Positions 1 through 10,729 of a stretch of DNA of 32,000 nucleotides are shown piece by piece. A program made the translations under genes and the position numbers. The stretch comes from Candidatus Moranella endobia PCIT. Its GTDB lineage: Bacteria > Pseudomonadota > Gammaproteobacteria > Enterobacterales > Enterobacteriaceae. Positions within the stretch are counted from its first letter, which is position 1; every line of letters begins with the position of its first letter. Under the pieces are notes generated by a model. That model did no database searches. It saw only the letters and a list, made by a program, of their open reading frames with translations, and was not told where the DNA came from. The stretch covers positions 420,001-452,000 of the forward strand of contig NC_015735.1 of assembly GCF_000219175.1 (NCBI RefSeq), in the 5' to 3' direction.

Positions 1-665
1 TACAAACTCCGCACTACGGGGGGGTAACAACTGTATTCTTAAGGAAAAAGTCCATTTTAATACAAGCTTTACCGTTGGTATAGAATATATGACCAAAAAA
101 TTTTAGGGAGGTTACCAATCCTGCAGCGCAGGTACTTTTCCCCACCAGTGAATTGGCGGGGGAATATCCCAACCAGTGTTAATACTCTATCTTCTGGTTA
201 GTTAGGTAGGTTAATGCTCTGCTGCCGCGCGTGATTGCTTGCTTGATAGTAGTGAACACGGCAGTAACGGTGCTCCTCATTCCTATAAACAAGGTAGTGA
301 CGTGACCATGACACAGAAGCTCGGTCAGTGCGATACCGTCTGGAAACAGTAGTTTTGGTGCTAGCTCGGCAAACGGATATAGCATGTTTGAATGCGCGGT
401 TATGCATGTCATAATACGGCACCGTTAGGCAATTAATCGCGAGCGATATATCTAAATAGCAGCTATGTAACTTACGGCGATGCGAGTACGTCGTATGAAT
501 GAGCTAGCAGCTAAGCTAGTAGCGTTTTAGGCAAGGTTGTGGTATATACACATAGATAGTAGGCAGGTCAAGCAGATGGGTTGGCGGCAGATCATACAAC
601 GACGCCTAGATAGCAGCGCTGACCTGCTATATTACTACCAAGAGCCAGCCATACTGGCTGCTCCA

Positions 666-2057
666 TCAAGCGCTGTCGTTTTTTGGTACCCGACGACGCG
701 GACGATAGTTAGTGGGCGCGTCATTGCCTAGCATGAGCAACATATTTGTTTGCCGTTGCGGCGCAGCAATCTGGAACTCACCCCACCAACGACTGAGCTG
801 CTGCAGTTCGGTGTTTTTTTCAACTTCGGCGCGCAACGTTAACAAATCATAGGCGGAGCGAAATTTGGGATGCATTATCATCTTATGGGCGCTCTTGCCA
901 TGACGACGCGACAGCCGTAACTGAAGTTGCCACATATCCCGCATTAGGACGGTTATGCGTTTGGGTATCGCCAGCGTGCGGCATTGTTGGTCGATAATCT
1001 CTTGCATCGACAACACGAAAGCTTCAAAGTAAGACATACCGCTTTTTTCTTGAGTACGTTTCTGCACATGATCCAACAGCGGATACCACAGCATGGCAGC
1101 GAACAAGAAAGCAGAATTTACCCTCATATTATTGCGTAACCGCTGATCGGTGTTGGCCAGTACCTTAATTATCATCTGTTCCAAATAACTGTCGCCGTGC
1201 GAGGTAACATGATGGCTGATGACTGGAAACAGCGGCTGAAAAAGTTGGTATTTGCACAAAAGGCGGTAGGTAGCTTCACCGTATCCCGCCTGTAGTAGCT
1301 TTAGTGATTCTTCAAACAGCCTTGCAGGCGGGATATCGTGTAATAGTACCGCCAGTCGGGTAATTGGTGCGGCGGTTTCGCGACTGATGTTCATATTCAG
1401 TTTAGCAGCAAAACGCATCGCGCGCAGCATGCGCACCGGATCTTCCCGATAACGTATTTCTGGATCACCAAGCAAGCGAATGGTGCCTTCCTGTAAATCT
1501 TTCAGCCCCCCGGTATAGTCGCGCAGGGTAAAATCTGCCACGCTATAATACAGGCTGTTAACCGAAAAGTCGCGGCGCTGGGCATCTTCCTCGATGGATC
1601 CAAAAATATTATCGCGTAGCAGCATACCGTTGTTACTGGTGAGAGCTGCGCCCGGCGAGTATTCATTCTTTAGCACCTGATGCTGGCCTCGGAACGTGGC
1701 TACTTCTATAATTTCTTGCCCAAACATGACGTGGGCCAACCGAAAACGACGGCCAACTAGTCGGCAATTGCGGAATAGTTTACGCATCTGCTCTGGCGTT
1801 GCGCTGGTGGTGATGTCGAAATCCTTGGGTTTTTGACCGAGCAGCAGATCACGAACACCGCCGCCTACTAAATAGGCTTCGTATCCCGCTTTGTTCAAGC
1901 GGTAAAGCACTTTTAGGGCATTTTCACTGATCTCTTTGCGAGAAATTGAGTGCTGATCTCGCTGGATAATCACAAAATTGCTGCAATTTTCTTTTGATGT
2001 TTCCAAGCTTGGACGATTGAGCACTTTACGGCAGAAGTTTGCTACTCGGTTAAAAAT
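666..2057 (-). CDS. pcnB: Poly(A) polymerase I; proposed non-canonical ATT start at 2057
   Basis: Protein contains [86 protein letters not shown] and a basic C-terminus (PRRRVPKN), all matching PcnB. Homology begins exactly at ATT (2057-2055), preceded by GAGG at 2067-2064. Confidence 0.96.
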   Translation of the reverse strand: MFNRVANFCRKVLNRPSLETSKENCSNFVIIQRDQHSISRKEISENALKVLYRLNKAGYEAYLVGGGVRDLLLGQKPKDFDITTSATPEQMRKLFRNCRLVGRRFRLAHVMFGQEIIEVATFRGQHQVLKNEYSPGAALTSNNGMLLRDNIFGSIEEDAQRRDFSVNSLYYSVADFTLRDYTGGLKDLQEGTIRLLGDPEIRYREDPVRMLRAMRFAAKLNMNISRETAAPITRLAVLLHDIPPARLFEESLKLLQAGYGEATYRLLCKYQLFQPLFPVISHHVTSHGDSYLEQMIIKVLANTDQRLRNNMRVNSAFLFAAMLWYPLLDHVQKRTQEKSGMSYFEAFVLSMQEIIDQQCRTLAIPKRITVLMRDMWQLQLRLSRRHGKSAHKMIMHPKFRSAYDLLTLRAEVEKNTELQQLSRWWGEFQIAAPQRQTNMLLMLGNDAPTNYRPRRRVPKNDSA

Positions 2058-2447
2058 AGTACACCTCAATAGTAACACAGCAACAACTAACAAAAATTGG
2101 CCAATGATAGTCTACCTATTTTCCATCCAGGGTAGTAGTGTCAAGCAAGAAGTAGTATGCCATGCCACCCACCTCGTTTAAATAACAAACGGCACATAGG
2201 CGGCAGCAGCATCGATGTTCGATATCATATAAATCTATTATTTGCTTATTTGCGGTGCAAGGACGTGCTTACAATCTACTCGAGGGTAGGTTGTACAGCA
2301 ACAAAAACTTGTGCCTGATAGCGCAAGGATAATGATAATTACGATATAGGGGGGCAAAATAGTTGTAACAAAATATTGTAACGGTTCCGCTACCCAGATA
2401 GCATTATTGGCCGTAACCGAAGCTATAGCAACCCTGGCCCTGGCTCC

Positions 2448-2897
2448 TTACCTTACCATCTGTTTCTCACGAATTTCAGAGAGAGTCTTACAGTCGATGC
2501 ACAAATCGGCTGTCGGACGTGCTTCCAGGCGCCTGATACCAATTTCAACGCTACAAGATTCGCAGAAGCCAAAATTATTGACTTCTACTTTTTTGAGAGT
2601 TTTCTCAATTTTTTTGATTAGTTTACGTTCCCGATCACGATTACGTAGCTCAAGGTTGAACTCTTCTTCCTGCGCGGCCCTATCTACCGGATCGGGGAAA
2701 TTAGCTGCTTCATCCTGCATATATGAAACAGTACGCCATACTTCATATCTGAGCTGATTACGCCATGTTTTAAGAATGCGCGTGAAATGCAACAGCTGGG
2801 TTTCATTCATATACTCCTCACCAGGCTTTTGCTGGTAGGGTTCGACCCCAGCAATGGCAAGAATGCTTAAAGAGGATGTCTTACGTTTCTCTTGCAC
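2448..2897 (-). CDS. dksA: RNA polymerase-binding transcription factor DksA; GTG start
   Basis: [47 protein letters not shown] and the four-Cys zinc finger CESC...CIDC match DksA. GTG at 2897-2895 is preceded by AAGGAG. The longer track ORF (to 2975) adds a non-homologous N-terminus. Confidence 0.95.
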   Translation of the reverse strand: MQEKRKTSSLSILAIAGVEPYQQKPGEEYMNETQLLHFTRILKTWRNQLRYEVWRTVSYMQDEAANFPDPVDRAAQEEEFNLELRNRDRERKLIKKIEKTLKKVEVNNFGFCESCSVEIGIRRLEARPTADLCIDCKTLSEIREKQMVR

Positions 2898-3586
2898 GTT
2901 GCTTCTCCTTCTAACCAGCAGCAATACCCAAAAAGTTACTATCATATAAATAGCAGATGATATTAAGTTTGGCAATGTTTCCTATCTTCATAGCTATATT
3001 TTTTGAAAAATATCCAGTAAGTAAAGCGCACCAGAAGCTGGCACCTGGGGAAACTGCTAAGATGGTATGTAGTTATTATCTTAATTTGACCAAGAGCTTA
3101 TTTGACCGGAATATAGCAGCCGTACGCACGCTGTTTCACAGCAAATAACTAATCTATTGATTCTCTGAATCAGAGATTCATATCGCACTTATGCGCTAAA
3201 ACGCGCGTATCCTGCCAGTTCGGCAGTTTTCCGCCGGGCAGTTATTATACTACTACTCATTCGACCCAAGTGTTAGCGCAGTCGAATGTTCCTGTGGAGC
3301 CATGGGGGCAATAAAAATTTTATAGCGTTGTATCAACTTAGCTGGCTTGAGGGCCAGTTCGAATAATAGCATAATGTGTTCTCACCTGATGGTGATAGCG
3401 TGGCATATTGCATTAAAGCACTTCCGAGATAGCACACCAATCAATAGCGTATCTAGCAGCGCCTAAGCGAGATCACTACTGATCATAATATTCCAATAGC
3501 TATATAGCAAGAGAGAGATATTCTCTCGTAGAGATTTTGTTGCAATACTACATTCCAAGCAAAGGTAGGCTAATATAGTAGTGATC

Positions 3587-5326
3587 ATGACAACTAAATT
3601 ACAACGGCGTCCACTGGGCGATATTGCTGTGCTGGCTGAGGCAGATATACCACAGTTGTTGAAACGCTTGTACGTGCAACGCGGAGTTTGCACAATGAGT
3701 GAATTAGAGAATAGCACACGCGGTTTGTTACCATACCACCAACTTACGGGCATCGAGCAAGCGGTAGATATTCTGGTCAGAGCGCTGGTTAACCAGCGCA
3801 GAATGATGGTGATTGGTGATTGCGATGCGGACGGGGCTACTAGCACGGCGCTAGCAGTACTAGCGCTGCGGCAAATGGGTGCGCGGCAGGTGGACTTTCT
3901 GGTGCCAAATCGCTTTGCTGACGGCTACGGTCTCAGCCCAGCTGTGGTAGAACAAGCGGCGGCGTGCGGGGCGCAGGTAATTATTACCGTGGATAATGGT
4001 ATTGCTTCCCATGACGGCGTAGCCTTAGCACATAACAAAGGGATTATGGTGCTGATTACTGATCATCACATCCCTGGCGATCGCCTGCCAGCCGCACATG
4101 CTATTGTTAATCCCAATTTGCGCGGCTGCGCCTTCGCATCGAAAGCCCTAGCTGGTGTTGGTGTAGCATTTTATTTGATGCTGGCGCTGCGCGCGCAGCT
4201 CAATGATAGTGGTTGGTTTACTAAACTTAGAATCGTTGCCCCAAATATGGCCGATCTACTAGATTTAGTCGCATTGGGCACAGTGGCTGATATGGTGCCA
4301 CTGGACGCCAATAACCGTATTCTGATACATCAGGGGCTAAACCGCATCCGTGCTGGCCGTTGCCGTCCCGGCATTCGCGCGCTGGCTGAGGTAGCCAACC
4401 TTGCTCCTACCCAGCGGCTATGTGCCAGCAATCTTAGCTTCTCGCTGGGACCGCGGCTAAACGCTGCCGGCCGGCTGGCCGATATGTCGGTTGGAGTTAA
4501 TCTGCTATTGGTCGATGACCTGTCGCTGGCGTGCATTCTGGCCACTGAGTTAGATGAACTAAATCAGACCAGGCGTGACATCGAACATAGAATGGAAGCA
4601 GAAGCCGTGGCGCTATGTAACAAGATGATGACGTGCGATGAGCAGCAGGTATTACCATTTGGACTGGTAATCTACCATGCGCAGTGGCATCAGGGCGTGG
4701 TGGGTATATTAGCATCGCGGATGAAAGCACGTTTTCACCGGCCGGTTATTGCTTTTGCGCCCGCCGGGGACGGTGTGCTAAAAGGTTCTGGTAGATCGGT
4801 TGCCGGCTTGCATATGCTAGATATGCTAGAGCGGCTAAACAAATTACATCCTGGGTTGATACTACAATTTGGTGGCCATGCCATGTCCGCCGGCTTAACG
4901 CTGAAGCAGCAACAATTGAACAGGTTCCGACAGCATTTCGCTGACATGGTTGATCAATTGCTAGAGCCAGCGATGCTGGAAAACGTGATTTGGTCGGACG
5001 GTGAGCTATCAAGCTTGGATCTATCTTTGACCACCGCAGAGCTACTGCGCAACGGCGGCCCCTGGGGACATGCATTTCCCGATCCAATATTTGACGGGAG
5101 GTTTAACGTGCTAAATCAGCGGCTAGTGGGTGGAAAACACCTGAAATTGCTGCTGACACCCCAAGCCGGCGGCCCCACACTGGATGGAATGGCTTTTAAT
5201 GTCGATACGTGCCTGTGGCCAAATAACAACGTGCAAACCGTGGAAATAGCTTATCAACTTGACGTGAATGAGTTTCGCGGTAATCGACGTTTACAACTAT
5301 TAATCCAGCATATTTGGCAGCTGTAG
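3587..5326 (+). CDS. recJ: Single-stranded-DNA-specific exonuclease RecJ
   Basis: DHH-family motifs GDCDADGATSTALAVLALRQMG, VPNRFADGYGLSP, VDNGIASHDGV, TDHHIPGD, plus ALGTVADMVPLD and FGGHAMSAG. Full length. The in-frame ATG at 3581 is an alternative start. Confidence 0.95.
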   Translation: MTTKLQRRPLGDIAVLAEADIPQLLKRLYVQRGVCTMSELENSTRGLLPYHQLTGIEQAVDILVRALVNQRRMMVIGDCDADGATSTALAVLALRQMGARQVDFLVPNRFADGYGLSPAVVEQAAACGAQVIITVDNGIASHDGVALAHNKGIMVLITDHHIPGDRLPAAHAIVNPNLRGCAFASKALAGVGVAFYLMLALRAQLNDSGWFTKLRIVAPNMADLLDLVALGTVADMVPLDANNRILIHQGLNRIRAGRCRPGIRALAEVANLAPTQRLCASNLSFSLGPRLNAAGRLADMSVGVNLLLVDDLSLACILATELDELNQTRRDIEHRMEAEAVALCNKMMTCDEQQVLPFGLVIYHAQWHQGVVGILASRMKARFHRPVIAFAPAGDGVLKGSGRSVAGLHMLDMLERLNKLHPGLILQFGGHAMSAGLTLKQQQLNRFRQHFADMVDQLLEPAMLENVIWSDGELSSLDLSLTTAELLRNGGPWGHAFPDPIFDGRFNVLNQRLVGGKHLKLLLTPQAGGPTLDGMAFNVDTCLWPNNNVQTVEIAYQLDVNEFRGNRRLQLLIQHIWQL

Positions 5327-5462
5327 TGTATCTATCTAGTGTAATAGTAGATTACTGCTGCTATCGCAACTTTGATGGCGCAGAATACTATTCGCCAGAA
5401 TGCAGATCAGTTAAAATAGCTAGCAACAAGTATTGCTTTTTATTCCAGGAGTACATTCATCC

Positions 5463-6558
5463 ATGTTTGACATCAATCCAAAAACCCGCATTCAGTACTT
5501 GTCAGAAAGGATAGCTGTTCTCAGGAGGTATCTTTGACTACGATCTCAAGAAAGAACGCCTCGCCGAAGTAAACGCCGAGCTCGCACAACCTGACGTTTG
5601 GAAGGAGCGAGCCCGCGCGCAAGCACTTGGTAAGGAGCGTTCGTCGCTAGAGGTTAGCGTTGAAACCATCGATAAGCTTATCAATGGTGTGGAATCAGTT
5701 GCAAACCGATTAGAACTAGCTGTGAAAGCCAACAATGAAGATACCTTCTGCGCAACCCAACGCGAATTGACCGTTCTAGAGGAAAAACTCGGACAAATTG
5801 AATTGCGTCGTCTGTTTGCTGGCGAGTACGATAGCGCAGATTGCTATTTGGATATTCAGGCTGGCTCCGGCGGCACCGAAGCGCAGGATTGGGCCAGCAT
5901 GCTGCTCAGAATGTATTTGCGCTGGGCAGAATCGCGTGGTTTTCACACTGAAATGATCGAAGAGTCGGCAGGAGAAGTTGCTGGCATTAAATCGGTGACC
6001 ATAAAGGTAATTGGCGACTATGCTTATGGTTGGCTCAGAACCGAAACCGGGGTGCATCGCTTGGTACGTAAAAGCCCGTTCGACTCTTGCGGTCGACGTC
6101 ATACCTCGTTCAGCTCCGCTTTTGTTTATCCGGAAGTAGATGATGATATCGATATCGAAATTAACCCAGCGCATCTACGTATTGATGTTTACCGTGCATC
6201 TGGTGCCGGCGGTCAGCACGTTAACCGGACCGAATCAGCAGTACGTATTACACATTTGCCGACCAATATAGTCACCCAGTGCCAAAGTGATCGTTCACAG
6301 CATAAAAACAAAGACCAAGCTATGAAACAACTTAAATCCAAGCTGTATGAATTTGAGCTACAGAAAAAGAACGCCGAAAAGCAGACGCTGGAAGATACTA
6401 AGTCCAATATTAGCTGGGGTAGTCAGATACGCTCATATGTGCTGGACGATTCCCGCATCAAGGATCTGCGTACTGGCATTGAAACTCGTAATATCCAGTC
6501 GGTGCTGGATGGTAATCTTGATCAATTTATTGAGGCCAGCCTTAAAGCAGGGCTATGA
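5463..6558 (+). CDS. prfB: Peptide chain release factor 2 (RF2), requiring a programmed +1 frameshift at 5532-5538
   Basis: Zero frame from ATG 5463 reads [24 protein letters not shown] then TGA (5535-5537). The +1 frame continues [39 protein letters not shown] into the track ORF with [19 protein letters not shown] and the C-terminus [13 protein letters not shown]. Confidence 0.97.
5523..5538 (+). promoter_or_regulatory. prfB: prfB programmed +1 frameshift element: AGGAGG-TAT-CTT-TGA-C
   Basis: Sequence AGGAGGTATCTTTGAC: internal Shine-Dalgarno-like AGGAGG, 3-nt spacer, slippery CTT, in-frame TGA followed by C. This is the architecture of the known E. coli autoregulatory site (AGGGGG-TAT-CTT-TGA-C). 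Confidence 0.96.
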
Positions 6559-6568
6559 AGAAAACCAC

Positions 6569-8089
6569 ATGTATGAATTAAAATCACAGTATGGTGCCCA
6601 TCAGGCGCTGTATTTAAACAATAAGATGCGTTATAGGCGGGACAAACTGACCAAATTACGACAGCATGGCAGCGCTTTTCCTAATGATTTTCGGCGGAAC
6701 GCTGTTTCCGACCAGCTACATGCTTGCTACGGCGAGAAAAGTAATGAAGAGCTGAACGCGTTGAATATCGTAGTCCGCGTCGCAGGACGCATGATGACCT
6801 GTCGCATTATGGGCAAAGCATCATTTGCGACTTTACAGGACGTGGGAGGGACAATCCAGCTGTACGTCGTCCGCGATGATCTTCCTAATGGCCAGTATAA
6901 TGCTCAATTTAAACAATTGGACCTTGGGGACATTGTGGGCGCGTGTGGTAAATTATTTAAAACCCGTACCGGCGAATTGTCTGTGCATTGTAACGATATT
7001 AATCTGCTTACCAAGGCTATACGTCCGCTGCCAGATAAATTTCACGGCCTAGCAGATCAGGAAACCCGCTATCGTCAGCGTTATCTCGATCTTATTGCCA
7101 ACGAAGAATCGCGCCAAATATTTAAAATACGTTCGCGCATCATGGCGGAAATTCGCCGTTTTATGATGGATAACTATTTTATGGAAGTAGAAACGCCAAT
7201 GATGCAAACTATCCCAGGCGGGGCAGCCGCTCGGCCGTTTATTACCCACCATAACGCTTTGGATATCGATATGTATCTGCGGATAGCACCAGAACTTTAT
7301 CTGAAGCGTTTGGTAGTTGGCGGTTTTGAACGAGTATTTGAAATCAATCGCAACTTTCGTAATGAAGGACTGTCGCCGCGCCATAACCCAGAGTTTACTA
7401 TGATGGAACTCTATATGGCCTACGCTGATTACCGCGACCTAATGGTGCTGGTTGAAGAGTTATTCCGTACCTTAACTAATCGGGTATTTGGTAGTAGCGT
7501 AGTGCATTACGGTAATCAGACATTCGATTTCGGCAAACCGTTTATCCAGATGACCATGACAGAAGCAATCTGCCACTTTTACCCGGAAACAATGCCAAAA
7601 GCGCTAGAAAATATTGCCACTGCGACCGCTATTGCAGCTTCGCTGGGTATCAAGGTAGACAACAGCTGGGGTCTTGGTCGGGTGCAGACTGAAATATTTC
7701 AAGAAACGGCGGAAAGTAATTTAATTCAGCCAACGTTCATTACCGCCTACCCGTTGGAAGTATCGCCGCTAGCGCGCAGCAACGACGACAACCCGTTTTT
7801 CGCCGACCGTTTTGAATTGTTTATCGGCGGGCGGGAAATTGGCAATGGTTTCTCTGAGCTTAATGATGCCGAAGAGCAAGCTGCGCGCTTTGTCGCACAG
7901 GCACAGGCCAAGAACTACGGTGATGACGAAGCAATGTTTTATGACGATGATTATGTCAATGCGTTGGAATACGGCCTGCCGCCTACCGCCGGCTTAGGTA
8001 TCGGTGTCGATCGTTTGATGATGATATTGACAAACAGTCATACCATTCGCGATGTAATCCTATTTCCAGTACTAAGGCCGCAAAAATAA
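6569..8089 (+). CDS. lysS: Lysyl-tRNA synthetase (class II)
   Basis: [102 protein letters not shown] and [16 protein letters not shown]. The upstream ORF extension to 6347 overlaps prfB and is not homologous. ATG at 6569 begins MYELKSQ. Confidence 0.96.
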   Translation: MYELKSQYGAHQALYLNNKMRYRRDKLTKLRQHGSAFPNDFRRNAVSDQLHACYGEKSNEELNALNIVVRVAGRMMTCRIMGKASFATLQDVGGTIQLYVVRDDLPNGQYNAQFKQLDLGDIVGACGKLFKTRTGELSVHCNDINLLTKAIRPLPDKFHGLADQETRYRQRYLDLIANEESRQIFKIRSRIMAEIRRFMMDNYFMEVETPMMQTIPGGAAARPFITHHNALDIDMYLRIAPELYLKRLVVGGFERVFEINRNFRNEGLSPRHNPEFTMMELYMAYADYRDLMVLVEELFRTLTNRVFGSSVVHYGNQTFDFGKPFIQMTMTEAICHFYPETMPKALENIATATAIAASLGIKVDNSWGLGRVQTEIFQETAESNLIQPTFITAYPLEVSPLARSNDDNPFFADRFELFIGGREIGNGFSELNDAEEQAARFVAQAQAKNYGDDEAMFYDDDYVNALEYGLPPTAGLGIGVDRLMMILTNSHTIRDVILFPVLRPQK

Positions 8090-8360
8090 ACAAAGTGATG
8101 GCGCATTACCGCCATCCTCATGAACTAATACTACCTACATTATTGATGTTATTACCGGTTTCAATGGCTAACACCTGCTGTTGCACGTGTTATAGCGTTT
8201 GTTGGTAACGTCAGTCAATCCATGATGTAATAGGCTAGTGCCTGTGCGACAAAGCGTTGAACAACCAGCACCAACCGGTTCCAACCAAGTAGGTGACAGG
8301 TCATCCAGCTGGGTGGCGCGAAGTTATACCCGGGTTAATAATAGCTGTAGCTGCGCTTCA

Positions 8361-8882
8361 TTATCTGTTTTCCAGCATATTGATGATTTGGTTCGCAACA
8401 AACTTTGCACTTTGTTCGTCGTTGTATATAGTGACGTCAGCTATTTCTTCATACAGCGGGTTACGCTCTCGAGCCAGTGCTTCTAGAACGTCGCGTGGCG
8501 GAACTTCTACTTGCAATAGCGGTCGTTTCTTATCCCTCTGTGTACGGGCAAGTTGTTTTTCAATGGTAGTTTCAAGATAAATCACCACACCTCTGGAGGA
8601 TAGGCGGTTGCGTGTTTCGCGTGATTTGACGGATCCACCACCGGTAGCCAGCACGATTCCCTGTTTTTGGGTTAGTTCGTTGATGATGTTTTCTTCTCTC
8701 GTACGGAAGCCGTCTTCTCCTTCTACATCAAATACCCATTCGATATCTGCCCCAGTGCGTCGTTCAATCTCTTGATCAGAATCGAAAAATTCCATATGAA
8801 GTTGTTGAGCCAACTGCCGTCCAATAGTGCTTTTGCCGGCACCCATAGGTCCAATCAGAAAGATACTACATTTCTCTGCCAT
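8361..8882 (-). CDS. aroK: Shikimate kinase I
   Basis: [46 protein letters not shown] (Walker A) and [49 protein letters not shown] match AroK over the full length. Confidence 0.96.
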   Translation of the reverse strand: MAEKCSIFLIGPMGAGKSTIGRQLAQQLHMEFFDSDQEIERRTGADIEWVFDVEGEDGFRTREENIINELTQKQGIVLATGGGSVKSRETRNRLSSRGVVIYLETTIEKQLARTQRDKKRPLLQVEVPPRDVLEALARERNPLYEEIADVTIYNDEQSAKFVANQIINMLENR

Positions 8883-9836
8883 GTTTTTTGGTCTTACTAA
8901 GAATATTCGTTAATGATAACCTACCCAACCGATCAAATTAGCGGTGGAACCTCACTTCAACTAACACCTAGTTTTCGTTACTCCCTGGGCGGAAATTATC
9001 TCAACACTCAGGGTAGTTTGGCAACCAATTAAATTCATGTCTCTACTGCAATAGTGATAGATGCATTTGATGCACAATCAATCAAAAAATCCAGCTCGAG
9101 AGGAGCAAGTGGCGGCGTAACGCGAGACCTCGTCAACTATGATTTCGTAATCAGCATTATGACAGCGTTTTCTGACCTATTTTCATCCAAGATGACAAAC
9201 GACCCAAATAGACATTAACAGTTAATTCCCGATACTATCAATCTTGGATAGAAGCGTTTATGACCACTTAAATCTTATGTGGAATGAAGAAGATATGTAT
9301 CACATCAATTTTTGCTTAGAACAAAAAAAGCGTGGATCAGGATCGAATATTTTATGGTTGGCAGTATGCTGATCAATGTCCTGTACTCATAGGTCCAAGT
9401 TGTCTCAAATAGACGATATTACGAAGCAACGGGTACCAAATTCAGCTGCTGGTCGTGCCAATACTGAAAATCGAAAAACCGGTGGTAGATGCAGCACCAT
9501 ACCATGAATGGGGTGCCGCAAACTATATCGACAATGTACAGTACAGATAATTCGTATGTCAGTAGAAAACTGATCAGGCGAGACGGGAAATAATTATCCG
9601 TCTGAAGGCTATTTACTTATACGTAGCTACTGTTTCGCTTTGTTACTGGTGCGCCACCTGCACTTCAAAACAAAAGTTAGCATATTAACTACAAAGTATT
9701 CTGCTAACGCAAATTACACTAGTTACAGTTAAATAGCTTTTAACCAGTAGTAAGTCCGGTAACCAGTATAAATAAACAGCAGTGGTAGCAGCAGTTATGA
9801 TCATCCGCCACAGCAGCCACACTGGTAGCTTAACTG

Positions 9837-9924
9837 TGGTGGAGGAGGTAGGATTTGAACCCACGGAAGATTGCTCTTCGCCGGTTTTCAAGACCGGTGC
9901 CTTAAACCACTCGGCCACTCCTCC
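9837..9924 (-). tRNA. serT: tRNA-Ser(UGA), CCA encoded
   Basis: Minus strand: GGAGGAG-TGGCCGAGTGGTTTAAGGCA-CCGGT-CTTGAAA-ACCGG-CGAAGAGCAATCTTCC-GTGGGTTCAAATCCTAC-CTCCTCC-A-CCA. There is a 7-bp acceptor, anticodon TGA (plus 9888-9890), a long class II variable arm (GAAGA/TCTTC), a T-arm and an 88-nt length. Confidence 0.96.
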
Positions 9925-10234
9925 GTAACGTGGTTGCTTACCCTATCACATTATAAATAGAACTGTTCTGGTTGTAAATAACGTTTTAGCTAATTCTTAG
10001 CCAGAAGATCTCTCAACTATAGGGACACTATCGCGGATGCTACTGGTGTCCTATTGTTAGCTAGCGCCTTTACCCCACCCAGGCTGAACTGGCAACAAAC
10101 TTAGGCCTAGCTTGTTGGCGACAATACGGCGGCTAATTTCTTATTACCAGCTCCTCAGGCCAGCCGCTGTTAGTAGTTTTTTTTTGCTATAATCATTAAT
10201 CATTATTTCATATTAACCATTAACACAGGTTTCG

Positions 10235-10561
10235 ATGCAATTTAAAGGCCGAGAAATTAATACTGATAAACAGGGATATTTAATAAATCTGCAGGACTGG
10301 AGTGAGGAGCTGGCGACCACTATTGCTCGTCTCGAAGGAATTAACCTGAGTGAAGCCCACTGGCAGGTGATTCATTTTATACGTAAATTTTATTTACAAT
10401 ATAATACGTCTCCTTCGATCCGGATGTTGGTGCAGGCCATGGCACAGACATCCGGCGAGGAACAGGTGAATAGCCGTTACCTTTTCCGTTTATTTCCACA
10501 TGGTCCAGCCATGCAGGCAACCAAAATAGCTGGCTTGCCAAAACCAGTGCAATGCCTTTAA
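10235..10561 (+). CDS. tusE: Sulfur relay protein TusE (DsrC family)
   Basis: [49 protein letters not shown]...[30 protein letters not shown], with the penultimate catalytic Cys preserved. Confidence 0.94.
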   Translation: MQFKGREINTDKQGYLINLQDWSEELATTIARLEGINLSEAHWQVIHFIRKFYLQYNTSPSIRMLVQAMAQTSGEEQVNSRYLFRLFPHGPAMQATKIAGLPKPVQCL

Positions 10562-10729
10562 TATAAGAAGCCCTACCTACTGCTTTCTGCTATACAGGTT
10601 ACAATTATTATAACCAAGAACGCGGTTGTGGTTTTGCACCGCATTACATTAAAGTGCACGTCAGTAGTGTTTCACCAGACGTACGGGTTTTACTACCGCC
10701 TACCTAACCCCAGTGTGATTGGGCCTACA

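Noticed and set aside
179-731. Small ORFs in the first 700 bp (77, 74 and 65 aa)
   Set aside because: They overlap on opposing strands or overlap the pcnB end, with no motif or family recognised. Probably chance ORFs in degraded DNA.
3463-3846. 127-aa ORF antisense to the recJ start
   Set aside because: It lies opposite well-conserved recJ sequence with low-complexity Ser-rich translation and no recognisable family.
6347-6568. N-terminal extension of the lysS ORF
   Set aside because: It overlaps prfB out of frame and has no LysRS similarity.
8117-8360. Possible aroB or damX remnant in the lysS-aroK gap (frame reading ATQLDDLSPTWLEPVGAG)
   Set aside because: I could not match it convincingly to AroB or DamX. 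A frameshift-aware protein search would be needed.
9685-9918. Minus-strand ORF MAEWFKAPVLKTGEEQSSVGSNPTSSTT...
   Set aside because: This is a translation of the tRNA-Ser gene and its flank, a classic spurious ORF.
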